A stretch of DNA of 64,000 bases, taken from Eubacteriales bacterium. Lineage in GTDB: Bacteria > Bacillota > Clostridia > Oscillospirales > CAG-272. Position numbers and translations under genes: made by a program. The stretch covers positions 12,334-76,333 of the forward strand of contig JAZRDO010000022.1 of the NCBI GenBank assembly GCA_045660325.1, in the 5' to 3' direction. Of the stretch, positions 1-9,631 are shown piece by piece; positions within the stretch are counted from its first letter, which is position 1; every line of letters starts with the position of its first letter. The notes beneath the pieces were generated by a model, which had not been told where the DNA came from, did not search any database, and worked only from the letters and a program-made list of their open reading frames with translations.

Positions 1-1
1 T

Positions 2-1369
2 TTCTGGCACGGAGACGGACTTACGAAATCCTCGCACGTATTCATTGGCTTGAGTCATCTGTTCCGCGGTCAGCCTGTAAGAGGTGTAATTTATCTTGCG
101 CTTGAGGTATTGTTTATTTTGTATATGACCTTGTTTGGTGGAAAATACCTTATAATGTGCTTTGAAAACTTCTTCGGCGGCGGTAACATAGGACGAGTTG
201 AAACTCACGATTTCTGGAACGAGGAAGAGGGAATATACGATAAAATGGTCGGAGACAATTCCTTCCTCATTCTTCTTTACGGAATATTAACCGTTGCGGT
301 TATTATTTTCTTTATTATTGTTTACATATGCGCTACAAGAGAAAGCTATCAGCTTGAGGAATACCGTATTATCGGTAAGAAGCCCAAGGGCTTCAAGCAG
401 GATCTTAACGATATGCTTGACAACAAGTTCCACCTCTCGCTCCTCGCTCTCCCTATGGCAGGCGTATTTATCTTCACGGTCATCCCGTTGGTTACGATGA
501 TCCTTATCGCGTTTACAAACTACGATGCTGCACACGAGGTGCCGCAGCGATTGTTCCAATGGGTAGGCTTTAATAATTTCAAGGATCTGTTCCAGAGCAA
601 TTCCAAGCTTGGAGCGACCTTCTGGCGAGTGCTTGGCTGGACTCTTATCTGGGCGGTGCTTGCAACCTTCACAAGCTATATCTTCGGTATGCTTCTCGCA
701 ATGCTTATCAACCGAAAGGGAATCAAGCTCAAAAAGCTTTACAGAACGCTTTTCGTAGCGACTATCGCGGTTCCTCAGTTCGTATCCTTGCTTATTATGT
801 CGAAGATGCTTGACACGGGCGGCGGTATTCTCGGCTCGGGCGGCGGTATTATTACCCAGCTTATCGAGAAGCTCTTTGATTACCACCTGAAATTTGGCAT
901 TGACATCAACACGACGCGTATTTGTATCGTCTTTGTTAATATGTGGATCGGTGTTCCTTACAGTATGCTTATGTGCTCGGGTATTCTTATGAATATACCT
1001 AATGACCTGTATGAATCCGCGCGTATTGACGGTGCATCTGCGGCGCGACGCTTCTTCAAGATCACGCTTCCGTATATGCTTTTCGTTACGGGACCGTATC
1101 TTATCACACAGTTTATCGGTAATATCAACAACTTTAACGTAATCTATCTTCTCAGTGGCGGTGGCCCCGGTGATATTATGCTCTACACGGACGGCGCGAA
1201 GGGAACTGACCTTCTTATCACCTGGCTCTATAAGCTGTCGCTCGGCGTTGACAGAAACTATAAGCTTGCATCCGTTATCGGTATCCTTGTGTTTATAATT
1301 TCCGCGGTGTTCAGTCTTATTGTTTACAATAAGTCCTCGGCGGTGAAAGGAGAGGACAATTTCCAATGA
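2..1369 (+). CDS. Sugar ABC transporter permease (MalF/CUT1-like), probably 5'-truncated by the window edge
   Basis: Multi-TM protein with the EAA loop ESARIDGASAARRFFKITLP. The frame is open from nt 2 with no upstream stop, so the listed TTG at 50 is probably internal. Confidence 0.8.
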   Translation, partial: FWHGDGLTKSSHVFIGLSHLFRGQPVRGVIYLALEVLFILYMTLFGGKYLIMCFENFFGGGNIGRVETHDFWNEEEGIYDKMVGDNSFLILLYGILTVAVIIFFIIVYICATRESYQLEEYRIIGKKPKGFKQDLNDMLDNKFHLSLLALPMAGVFIFTVIPLVTMILIAFTNYDAAHEVPQRLFQWVGFNNFKDLFQSNSKLGATFWRVLGWTLIWAVLATFTSYIFGMLLAMLINRKGIKLKKLYRTLFVATIAVPQFVSLLIMSKMLDTGGGILGSGGGIITQLIEKLFDYHLKFGIDINTTRICIVFVNMWIGVPYSMLMCSGILMNIPNDLYESARIDGASAARRFFKITLPYMLFVTGPYLITQFIGNINNFNVIYLLSGGGPGDIMLYTDGAKGTDLLITWLYKLSLGVDRNYKLASVIGILVFIISAVFSLIVYNKSSAVKGEDNFQ

Positions 1370-2340
1370 CAGAAAATACGAACATTAATTCAACTGCTGA
1401 AAACAACGGTCAGGAGCTTACAAATTGGCAAAAGATCGATCAGCTTGAAGCCGAAATCAACAAGGGCAAGAAAAAGAAAAAGCGTCGTGGCGGTATGAAG
1501 CTCAAGCGTATTCTTGGCGACACCGTAGGACAGATAATTCTTACAATTTTGTCAATCATATGGATCATCCCTCTCTTCTATCTTTTGGTTCAGTCCTTCA
1601 GAAAAGAGCCCGGCGCTTGGTCGCCCACGTTCTTCCCGCAGAATTGGACTCTTGACAATTACAAACGACTTTTTACCGAAACTCAGTTTCTTAGATGGTA
1701 CGGAAACACGCTCCTCATTTCGGTTATCAGCTGTATCATAACGGCGGTATTCGTGCTTGCGGTTGCATACGTTTTCAGCCGTATCAAGTTCAAGGCGAGA
1801 AAGCCCATAATGAATATTATGCTCATTCTCGGTATGTTCCCGGGATTTATGAGTATGTCGGCGGTTTACTTCTTATTGAAGGTGCTCTTGCCTAATAACT
1901 ATCAGTCTCACGTGAGCTTGATAATCGTTTATTCGGCGGGCGCGGCGCTTTCCTACTATATTGCGAAGGGCTTCTTCGATACAGTTCCGAAGTCTCTTGA
2001 CGAGGCGGCAAGAATCGACGGCGCATCGCGATTCAGAACCTTCTATAAGATCATTCTTCCGATGAGTAAATCCATTATTATTTATACCATCCTCGTTTCT
2101 TTCATAGCCCCGTGGTGCGACTATATTTTCGTATCCTACATTATGGCGGGCGTTCCCGATACGGGTATGTATACGGTTTCTCTCGGTATGTATAAGTGGC
2201 TGGAACGCGAAATGATCCAGCAGTACTTTACGACCTTCTGCGCAGCCGCGGTGATCGTGGCAACGCCCATTACCATTCTCTTTATGTGGTTACAGAAGTA
2301 CTACGTTCAGGGCGTTACAGGCGGCGCGGTAAAGGGATAA
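1366..2340 (+). CDS. Sugar ABC transporter permease (MalG-like)
   Basis: ATGA start/stop overlap with the upstream permease. EAA loop DEAARIDGASRFRTFYKIILP; about 6 predicted TM segments. Confidence 0.85.
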   Translation: MTENTNINSTAENNGQELTNWQKIDQLEAEINKGKKKKKRRGGMKLKRILGDTVGQIILTILSIIWIIPLFYLLVQSFRKEPGAWSPTFFPQNWTLDNYKRLFTETQFLRWYGNTLLISVISCIITAVFVLAVAYVFSRIKFKARKPIMNIMLILGMFPGFMSMSAVYFLLKVLLPNNYQSHVSLIIVYSAGAALSYYIAKGFFDTVPKSLDEAARIDGASRFRTFYKIILPMSKSIIIYTILVSFIAPWCDYIFVSYIMAGVPDTGMYTVSLGMYKWLEREMIQQYFTTFCAAAVIVATPITILFMWLQKYYVQGVTGGAVKG

Positions 2341-2349
2341 GGAGGAAAA

Positions 2350-3933
2350 ATGAAAAGATTTATTTCAGTTTTGCTTCTTATCGCAATTTCGGTGTCGGCT
2401 ATATCACTTGCGTCCTGCGGCCCCGATGATGATGGTGAGCCTGAAAAAAAGGTAGAGCTTAACATTATCGACGACAGCTACCGCAATTGGTACGAAATTT
2501 TCGTGCATAGCTTTTACGATACCGATAACGACGGTATAGGCGACCTTAACGGCGTTACCGCAAAGCTCGATTACATTAAGGAAATGGGCTTTAACGGTAT
2601 TTGGCTTATGCCTATCCATCCGTCTCCCACGTACCACAAATACGACGTTACCGACTATTATGCGATAGACCCCGATTACGGCACTCTTGAGGATTTCAAG
2701 AACCTTATCGATGAGGCGCACAAGCGCGGTATCCGAGTTATTATTGACCTTGTGGTCAACCATTCGAGCAACAGTCATCCGTACTTTACCGAGGCTTGCA
2801 GCTATATACGTAAGAACGGCGCTCCGGGTGGAAAATATGGCGATTTCTATAATTTCAGAAAGACACAGGGCGGAGCGTACCACTCGGTTACGGGTACACA
2901 GTACGCTTACGAGGGTCAGTTCTGGAGCGGAATGCCCGACCTCAATCTCGATAGCGCGGCGGTTCGCGAGGAGATAAAGAACATTATGAAATATTGGCTT
3001 TGCGACTACGACGTTGACGGCTTTCGTCTCGACGCGGTTACAAGCTACTATACGGGTAATCTTGACGGCAACATCGAGTTCCTCGGCTGGCTCAATACCG
3101 AGGCAAAGAAGCTCAAGCCCACGGCTTATATCGTAGGCGAGGCTTGGGTCACAAGTGATTATACTATCAACCGTTATTATGAGAGCGGATGCGACAGCTT
3201 CTTCCTCTTTACGGGATCACAGGCAGGCGGCAGCATTGCTACGGCAGTAAAACAGTGTAGCGGTAAGGCGATCGGCGAGCTGTTTATGAGCTTGCAGTCC
3301 ACGTACGGCGACGCGATCTTGGCTCCGTTCCTCGGTAATCACGACACGATGCGTCCCGGTAGCTTTATGCCCGGTAAGGAAAACGTGAAAATGGCGGCGG
3401 GCGTGCTTTCAATGATGAATGGCGGTGTCTTCGTTTATTACGGCGAGGAGATCGGTATGATCAGTAAGGGCGGTAACAATTCCGACCCCGCAAAGAGAAT
3501 CGCCATGAAATGGCAGGCGAAGAATATTTACGAGGGACACTGTTATCTCCCGCCCGAGAACACACCCATTGACGAAACCTCTTATTATTACCCCTCGGTT
3601 GCCGAGCAAATGGAGGATGCGGAAAGCATTCTTAATTACTACAAGCAGGCAATGGAGCTTCGTAACCGATTCCCCTCGATTGCCAGAGGAGAGGTTACGT
3701 ATTATCCCGAAGGGCAGAGCAATTACGTTTGCGTTATCACAAAGGAATACATGGATGAAAAGATAACCATTGTATTCAATATGGATAGCTTTGAGCAGAA
3801 GGTTACGCTCGATAAGGCAGCTCTCGGTTACAGTGAGCTTGTAGGCTCACTTTACGCGCAGGGCGGAGAGTTTTCGTTTGACGATAGCGGCGCGCTTATT
3901 ATGCCCCCGCAATCAATCGCAATCTTTAAGTAA
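2350..3933 (+). CDS. GH13 alpha-amylase family lipoprotein
   Basis: Signal peptide with lipobox LASC. GH13 regions DLVVNHSS, GFRLDAV, VGEAW and FLGNHD. Strong RBS AAGGAGG. Confidence 0.85.
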   Translation: MKRFISVLLLIAISVSAISLASCGPDDDGEPEKKVELNIIDDSYRNWYEIFVHSFYDTDNDGIGDLNGVTAKLDYIKEMGFNGIWLMPIHPSPTYHKYDVTDYYAIDPDYGTLEDFKNLIDEAHKRGIRVIIDLVVNHSSNSHPYFTEACSYIRKNGAPGGKYGDFYNFRKTQGGAYHSVTGTQYAYEGQFWSGMPDLNLDSAAVREEIKNIMKYWLCDYDVDGFRLDAVTSYYTGNLDGNIEFLGWLNTEAKKLKPTAYIVGEAWVTSDYTINRYYESGCDSFFLFTGSQAGGSIATAVKQCSGKAIGELFMSLQSTYGDAILAPFLGNHDTMRPGSFMPGKENVKMAAGVLSMMNGGVFVYYGEEIGMISKGGNNSDPAKRIAMKWQAKNIYEGHCYLPPENTPIDETSYYYPSVAEQMEDAESILNYYKQAMELRNRFPSIARGEVTYYPEGQSNYVCVITKEYMDEKITIVFNMDSFEQKVTLDKAALGYSELVGSLYAQGGEFSFDDSGALIMPPQSIAIFK

Positions 3934-3945
3934 GGAGAAAATATT

Positions 3946-5829
3946 ATGGCAAGTTTGTCACTTAAACATATTTTCAAGGTATATGACGGAGGCGTTAAGG
4001 CAGTAAACGACTTCTGTATGGATATAGACGACAAGGAATTTATTGTGTTTGTCGGTCCCTCGGGATGCGGTAAATCCACAACGCTCCGTATGATCGCGGG
4101 TCTTGAGGAGATCACCGCGGGTGAGCTTCGAATTGACAACGAGATCGTTAACGACGTAGAGCCCAAGGACAGAAATATCGCGATGGTATTCCAGAACTAC
4201 GCGCTCTATCCTCATATGAGTGTTTATGAAAACATGGCGTTCTCCCTTCGTACGATGCATATGCCTAAGGACCAGATCCATGAAAAGGTAATGGAAGCGG
4301 CGGAGATCCTCGGTATTACCGAATATCTTCAGAGAAAGCCTAAGGCTCTCTCGGGCGGTCAGAGACAGAGAGTTGCTCTCGGTCGCGCGATCGTTCGTCA
4401 GCCAAAGGTATTCCTTCTTGACGAGCCTCTCTCCAACCTTGATGCGAAGCTTCGCGCGGCGATGAGAGCTGAGATCTCCCGTCTCCACGAAAAGCTTGGT
4501 ACGACCTTTATCTACGTTACACACGATCAGGTAGAGGCGATGACTATGGGTTCGAGAATCGTCGTTATGAAGGACGGCTACGTTCAGCAGATCGACACAC
4601 CTATCAATCTTTATAAGTATCCCGACAATATGTTCGTTGCGGGCTTTATCGGTACACCCCAGATGAATTTCTTCGATGCTACTATCACAAAGGACGGCGA
4701 CAACGTAAGATTTGCGCTTGACTGCGGTACGAACGTAGATATGGAATACATTCAGGCGGACAAGATCCCCGTAAACTATATGGACGGCGAGCATAAGGTC
4801 GTATTCGGTATAAGACCCGACGCGGTACGCGTTTATAACAGCAACAACTACGACGACGGCTCTTGGTCAAGAGCAAAGGCAGTAGTAAGCGTAGTAGAGG
4901 TTCTCGGTGGAGAAACTCTCATTTATGCAAACCTCAATCTTGAAACACCCGACGCTACGAGCGGCGCGATCATCATTAAGGCTGATTCCGACATTGCAGT
5001 TCGTCGTGGTGAGATAATCGAAATTGAAATTTCCAAGAGAAAGTTCCACGTGTTCGACAGTGAAACACAGAAGAGCATCAGAAGAAGAATTCCCGATGAA
5101 AATATCATTACCGCATCCATACTTGACGGTAAGCTTGGATTTGAGGGTCAGATCTTTGATCTTCCTCGTGCAATTCGCTGTGAAAACAGTGAGAGCGTAG
5201 AAATTTCTATGCCTATCTCGGCTATGACGCTCGGTAAGGGATCAGGTAAGGCGCGCGTTCAGTGGAAAGAATCCATTGAGGGCAAGACGCTTTACTTCCT
5301 CAAGGTTGGCGAGCTTACTCAGTTCTCACTTGAGTATGGCGAGGCGAGATTCAAGATCGGCGATGAGGTTGATTTCGATATCGACTTTACACAGATGTCT
5401 GTAAAGGCTCTCGGCGTAGCGCCCTTGTGCCTTACAAATGCGCTTGAAGGTACGTTTATCAAGGAAAAGGCGGGCAAGACGTATAACTTCTTCATGAAGG
5501 TAGGCGATGCAAAGCTTGTTCCTACCGACGATATATGCGAGAAGGTATTTGCTTGTAAGGGCAACAAGATCTTCCGTGTTCCGCTTGAGTACGTAATTGA
5601 TGCTAAGGCATTGACGGTTATTCCTCACGAGGAAGGCGCGAGCAACGTTCTTGCAGGAACAGTTGTTGAAACCCTTGATTACGGACACGAGCAGTACGCT
5701 GTTATTGACGTATACGGTCAGAAATTGACGGCTATTTACGGAGGTAACGTGGGCGACACCGTTGACGTTGCAGTTCCCGTGGAAAAGCTTACTATCAAGG
5801 ATAAGTCAATCGATATTATTATCGTTTAA
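3946..5829 (+). CDS. MsmK/MalK-like sugar ABC ATPase with an extra C-terminal extension of about 250 aa
   Basis: Walker A GPSGCGKST, signature LSGGQRQR, Walker B FLLDEP, then a MalK-type regulatory domain. The protein is 627 aa against roughly 370 aa typical. Confidence 0.85.
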   Translation: MASLSLKHIFKVYDGGVKAVNDFCMDIDDKEFIVFVGPSGCGKSTTLRMIAGLEEITAGELRIDNEIVNDVEPKDRNIAMVFQNYALYPHMSVYENMAFSLRTMHMPKDQIHEKVMEAAEILGITEYLQRKPKALSGGQRQRVALGRAIVRQPKVFLLDEPLSNLDAKLRAAMRAEISRLHEKLGTTFIYVTHDQVEAMTMGSRIVVMKDGYVQQIDTPINLYKYPDNMFVAGFIGTPQMNFFDATITKDGDNVRFALDCGTNVDMEYIQADKIPVNYMDGEHKVVFGIRPDAVRVYNSNNYDDGSWSRAKAVVSVVEVLGGETLIYANLNLETPDATSGAIIIKADSDIAVRRGEIIEIEISKRKFHVFDSETQKSIRRRIPDENIITASILDGKLGFEGQIFDLPRAIRCENSESVEISMPISAMTLGKGSGKARVQWKESIEGKTLYFLKVGELTQFSLEYGEARFKIGDEVDFDIDFTQMSVKALGVAPLCLTNALEGTFIKEKAGKTYNFFMKVGDAKLVPTDDICEKVFACKGNKIFRVPLEYVIDAKALTVIPHEEGASNVLAGTVVETLDYGHEQYAVIDVYGQKLTAIYGGNVGDTVDVAVPVEKLTIKDKSIDIIIV

Positions 5830-5837
5830 TATTGAAA

Positions 5838-5872
5838 GAACGGGCGGTCGTATGACCGTCCGTTTCTTGTGT
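5838..5872 (+). terminator. Rho-independent terminator after the ABC ATPase gene
   Basis: ACGGGCGGTC-GTAT-GACCGTCCGT stem followed by a T-rich tail. Confidence 0.7.
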
Positions 5873-5938
5873 TGACATATTTTCCCTTGACATTTAAAAT
5901 AAGACTGTGCTATAATAAAAAAGAAGGGTGGTGGTCTT

Positions 5939-6997
5939 ATGCCTAAAACGTTAAAAAGAATACTTATTATTACGGTTAGCGTTATACTTGGATTTTTATT
6001 TGTGCATATGCCGCTGACTACTCCTATTGCGTACGAGGCGTTCTTCCAGACGCGCTACGAAACACCGGATTGGCTTGAATTTTCGGTTGAGGATTTTGAC
6101 GGCCTTACGGTTGAAAGAAGCGATTTTCTATCAGGTAAGACATCTCTTGCGGGATACAAATACAAAAAGGGCGACGATAATATCAAGGGCGTTGTCGTTG
6201 TCGCTCACGGAATGGGCGGCGGACACAACTGGTTTATGCCATATATAAATTACTTTACGGATAATGGATATTACGTTTTCGCATATGACGCTCACGGCAA
6301 CGATAACAGCGGCGGTAAGAATATCCGTGGACTTCCGCAGGGAATTATAGACCTTGATCTTGCTATCCGCCACGTAAAAGGGGATGCGGATTATACGGGG
6401 CTTCCTATTATGCTTTTCGGTCATAGCTGGGGAGGATATTCGGTGGGCAACGTGCTTGAATTTCATAACGATATTGCGGCGGCGGTGATCGTCGCGGGCT
6501 TCAACGAAAGCGAGGATATTATAAGACACCACGCGGGAAGATTCGTAGGCCCATTCGTTCATATCGGAATCCCGTACGTTGACGCGTATGAGCGTATAAA
6601 ATTCGGCAATGATTATGCGAAGACCTCGGCAATCGAAGCAATGCGGGGGTGTGATACGGGAATTATGATCGTGCAGGGCGGAGATGACACGACAGTTCCT
6701 GCGAAGTGCGGATACGATAAGATGTATGATGCATTTTACGGAAACGAACGATTTGAATTTCATTTCTATTCGGGGCGCGATCATAAATATATTTTCTATT
6801 CCGACGATGCTTACGATTATATAAAGCAGCTCGAGAGGGATTACCTTACTTACGTCAAGGAAAGTGGAAAAAAGAAAAATGCCGCGAGCATGAATGAATT
6901 TATGGCGGAAAATCTCGATTCCGAAAGAAGATTTGAAATAAATCTTGATCTTTGCGAGAAAATTATAAAAATGTATGATAAATACAGTAAGAATTAA
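5939..6997 (+). CDS. Alpha/beta hydrolase with an N-terminal TM anchor
   Basis: Nucleophile elbow GHSWGG, HG oxyanion motif (VVAHGMGG), hydrophobic N-terminal segment. Confidence 0.7.
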   Translation: MPKTLKRILIITVSVILGFLFVHMPLTTPIAYEAFFQTRYETPDWLEFSVEDFDGLTVERSDFLSGKTSLAGYKYKKGDDNIKGVVVVAHGMGGGHNWFMPYINYFTDNGYYVFAYDAHGNDNSGGKNIRGLPQGIIDLDLAIRHVKGDADYTGLPIMLFGHSWGGYSVGNVLEFHNDIAAAVIVAGFNESEDIIRHHAGRFVGPFVHIGIPYVDAYERIKFGNDYAKTSAIEAMRGCDTGIMIVQGGDDTTVPAKCGYDKMYDAFYGNERFEFHFYSGRDHKYIFYSDDAYDYIKQLERDYLTYVKESGKKKNAASMNEFMAENLDSERRFEINLDLCEKIIKMYDKYSKN

Positions 6998-7011
6998 AGG
7001 GGGAGATTATT

Positions 7012-7224
7012 ATGGCACAAAAATATCCGTCAAGCTGGAAGCATTGCGCTACGTGTGTGTATTGGACAGGACGCCGAGACGTTGACTTCTTCGGTCAGTG
7101 GGTGAGCGTTGATTCCACGCAAACGAAGGGAAGATGTATGTGTCGCTGCGGCGGCTGGAGCAGGCAGGAGACTCCCGCGTCTCTCAATTGCTCGGCTTAC
7201 TTAAAGTGGCCCGCGCTTTCTTGA
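7012..7224 (+). CDS. Small cysteine-rich protein (70 aa), function unknown
   Basis: Strong RBS GGGGGAG 7 nt upstream. CxxC...CxCxC...C pattern. Followed by a strong terminator at 7247-7280. Confidence 0.55.
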   Translation: MAQKYPSSWKHCATCVYWTGRRDVDFFGQWVSVDSTQTKGRCMCRCGGWSRQETPASLNCSAYLKWPALS

Positions 7225-7246
7225 CGTGAATTTATACTTATAAAAG

Positions 7247-7280
7247 CTCCCCTCGGGCATACCGAGGGGAGTTTTTATTT
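7247..7280 (+). terminator. Rho-independent terminator
   Basis: 10-bp stem CTCCCCTCGG/CCGAGGGGAG followed by TTTTT. Confidence 0.8.
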
Positions 7281-7376
7281 CTTAAAAATTCTTAAAGTGT
7301 TCATAAAAGGTTGATTTGTACTGATCTTTGTGGTAAAATTATCATAGAAAGTCAAAAAATGTCGAGGAGATTTTTT

Positions 7377-8159
7377 ATGTATTATCCGATATTACACAAC
7401 TTTTTAAAAGAGCAGGCAACTGAAAAGCCCTTTACAGCGTTTTCAATCTACCACATTATTTATATCGCAATAGTGGTTTTGTTGCCTATTCTCACTATTC
7501 TTTTGTTCAGAAAAAAGGATCAGTCGGTAAAGGAAAAGGTGATAAAGACCTTTGTAGCGATTCCGTTCGCGCTCTATATGCTTGACTTTATGATTATGCC
7601 GTTCTCGTACGGATATATCGACGTTGACAAGCTTCCTTTCCATTCCTGTACGCTTCTTTCTATTCTTATCTTCGTTGCATGCAACGGTAAGTTCTTAAGA
7701 AAATATCGCGTGAATTTTGCAATGATCGCTATATTCTCTGACCTTATGTACGTGGCCTACCCGTCAGGTGTTATTGACGGAAATCCTTTGTCCTACCGTG
7801 TGAATCAGACGCTTCTTTTCCACTCTCTTATGATCGTGAGCGGAATAATTATCTTGGCACTTGACGAGGAGGGCCCGAGATTCAAGAAGTGCTACCGCGA
7901 TCCCATTATCCTCACTTGCATGAGCATTTGGGCTCTTATCGGTAACGCGTTGTACAGCACCGCCTCCGCATGTGAGTGCTGTGGATATAACCGTAGCTTC
8001 AACTGGTTCTTCGTTAAGGCAGACCCCCTCGGTATCTTCTCCGAGCCCACGTCCCATTACATAATGCCTTGGCTCAATATTATCGTTTTCTTTATTCTTA
8101 ATCTTATCATCTACGGCATATTCGCCCTGATCCGCAATTCCAAGAAAAAGAAGGCGTAA
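7377..8159 (+). CDS. Integral membrane protein (YwaF/TIGR02206-like)
   Basis: Start moved to the ATG at 7377, behind the GAGGAGA RBS. Multiple TM helices; family recognised only by general resemblance. Confidence 0.5.
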   Translation: MYYPILHNFLKEQATEKPFTAFSIYHIIYIAIVVLLPILTILLFRKKDQSVKEKVIKTFVAIPFALYMLDFMIMPFSYGYIDVDKLPFHSCTLLSILIFVACNGKFLRKYRVNFAMIAIFSDLMYVAYPSGVIDGNPLSYRVNQTLLFHSLMIVSGIIILALDEEGPRFKKCYRDPIILTCMSIWALIGNALYSTASACECCGYNRSFNWFFVKADPLGIFSEPTSHYIMPWLNIIVFFILNLIIYGIFALIRNSKKKKA

Positions 8160-8294
8160 GACTATAGGAAAAGCATCCCCAACGGGGTGCTTTTTCCATA
8201 TATTTTTTTAATTTAATTTGCTATAAATCTTGAAATATGCCGAAAAATGTGTTATAATGAAAAAGTAGTAGATTAAATTTTTCATGGAGGAAAT

Positions 8295-8930
8295 ATGAAA
8301 AAGTTTTTTAAAGAATTCAAGGCCTTTATCACGCGCGGCAACGTGCTTGATATGGCAGTCGGCGTTATCGTCGGCGGTGCATTTACCGCAATCGTAAACG
8401 GACTTTCAAACTTTATTTTGAAGCCCATCGTTAATTTCGTTATTTATAAGGTTCTTTTCTGGATCACAAAGGAAGAGAAGGGTCTCTCTGAGATATTCAC
8501 GTTCTTGAAGAGAGTTGACACTGTTGATGCTGAGACGGGAAAGGTCGTTCTCGACTCCGTTACAGGTCTGCCCGTTCCCGATCTTGCAAACTCTATTTAC
8601 ATTGACTGGGGTTCCTTCATTACCGCAATTATCAACTTCATACTTATCGCTCTGGTTCTTTTCTGCATCGTTAAGTTTATTAACAAGGTAAGAGAAGAAA
8701 ACCGCGAGCTTATTGCAGGTAAGATCTCCAAGGAAGACAGACGTGAGATGAAGAAGCTCGGTATCAAGCGTCGCGATAAGGCTGCAGTTGCCGCTTACTT
8801 TGAAGCAAAGGCAAAGAAGGAAGCCGAGGCAAAGGCGGCTGCCGAAGAAAAGGCAAGACTTGACCGCGAGGCAAATCCCACGGCTGAGGATCTTTTAAAG
8901 AAGATCGTAGTGCTTCTTGAAAACAAGTAA
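8295..8930 (+). CDS. mscL: Large-conductance mechanosensitive channel MscL with a long charged C-terminal tail
   Basis: N-terminus KEFKAFITRGNVLDMAVGVIVGGAF is the canonical MscL TM1 region. A second TM follows, then a Lys/Glu/Ala-rich helix. Confidence 0.85.
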   Translation: MKKFFKEFKAFITRGNVLDMAVGVIVGGAFTAIVNGLSNFILKPIVNFVIYKVLFWITKEEKGLSEIFTFLKRVDTVDAETGKVVLDSVTGLPVPDLANSIYIDWGSFITAIINFILIALVLFCIVKFINKVREENRELIAGKISKEDRREMKKLGIKRRDKAAVAAYFEAKAKKEAEAKAAAEEKARLDREANPTAEDLLKKIVVLLENK

Positions 8931-8934
8931 TAAT

Positions 8935-8969
8935 AAAAAACGGACAGGTGTATGCCTGTCCTTTTTTTG
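8935..8969 (+). terminator. Rho-independent terminator after mscL
   Basis: GGACAGG/CCTGTCC stem followed by T7. Confidence 0.8.
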
Positions 8970-9049
8970 TGCTTTGATTTTGCTTGACACAAAAGGAAAA
9001 TTGTGATATACTTTTCTTATGAGTTCAATGCTTTTTAAGGGTTAAAACT

Positions 9050-9616
9050 ATGAAGAAAATTTTATTTTTAGGAAATAGCTTTACATACTATTATAACTTG
9101 CCTGAGCTTGTTGAGGAAGGCGCGAGGGGTGAGCTTATATGCCACTCAATCACTCGCGGCGGCGCGTATCTTAATGCGTATAAAACTCCGACAGATGAGC
9201 TTCGCATCCGTCTTGACGAGATGGTCTTCAATAACGAATATGACTACGTCGTTTTGCAGGAGCAGAGCCTTAATGCAATTTTGAATTTTGCGGATTTTGA
9301 GAGCTCGGTCAAGCACGTAAAATCCCTTGTCGGTAAAGCGAAAATACTTATTTATCAAACGTGGAGCTATGCCGACGGCTCGCCTTTGCTTTTGAGCACG
9401 GGACTTACGTTTGACGAGATGACCGACGGACTTGAAAATGCGGCAAACAGAGTCGCAAAAGAGATAAATGCTGACGTAATACCTGTAGGTCGTGTATTTT
9501 ACAATGCGATCAAAAACGGTAGAGCCGATCTGTACGACGCGGACTGTCTGCATCCGTCAAGGGTGGGAACAGCTCTTGCCGCAAACGTATTTTTAGAATA
9601 TTTCAATAAACTTTAA
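9050..9616 (+). CDS. SGNH/GDSL-like hydrolase family protein
   Basis: N-terminal block ILFLGNSFT and C-terminal DxxH block (DCLHPS). Confidence 0.55.
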   Translation: MKKILFLGNSFTYYYNLPELVEEGARGELICHSITRGGAYLNAYKTPTDELRIRLDEMVFNNEYDYVVLQEQSLNAILNFADFESSVKHVKSLVGKAKILIYQTWSYADGSPLLLSTGLTFDEMTDGLENAANRVAKEINADVIPVGRVFYNAIKNGRADLYDADCLHPSRVGTALAANVFLEYFNKL

Positions 9617-9631
9617 TTTGGGGGAACGAAT

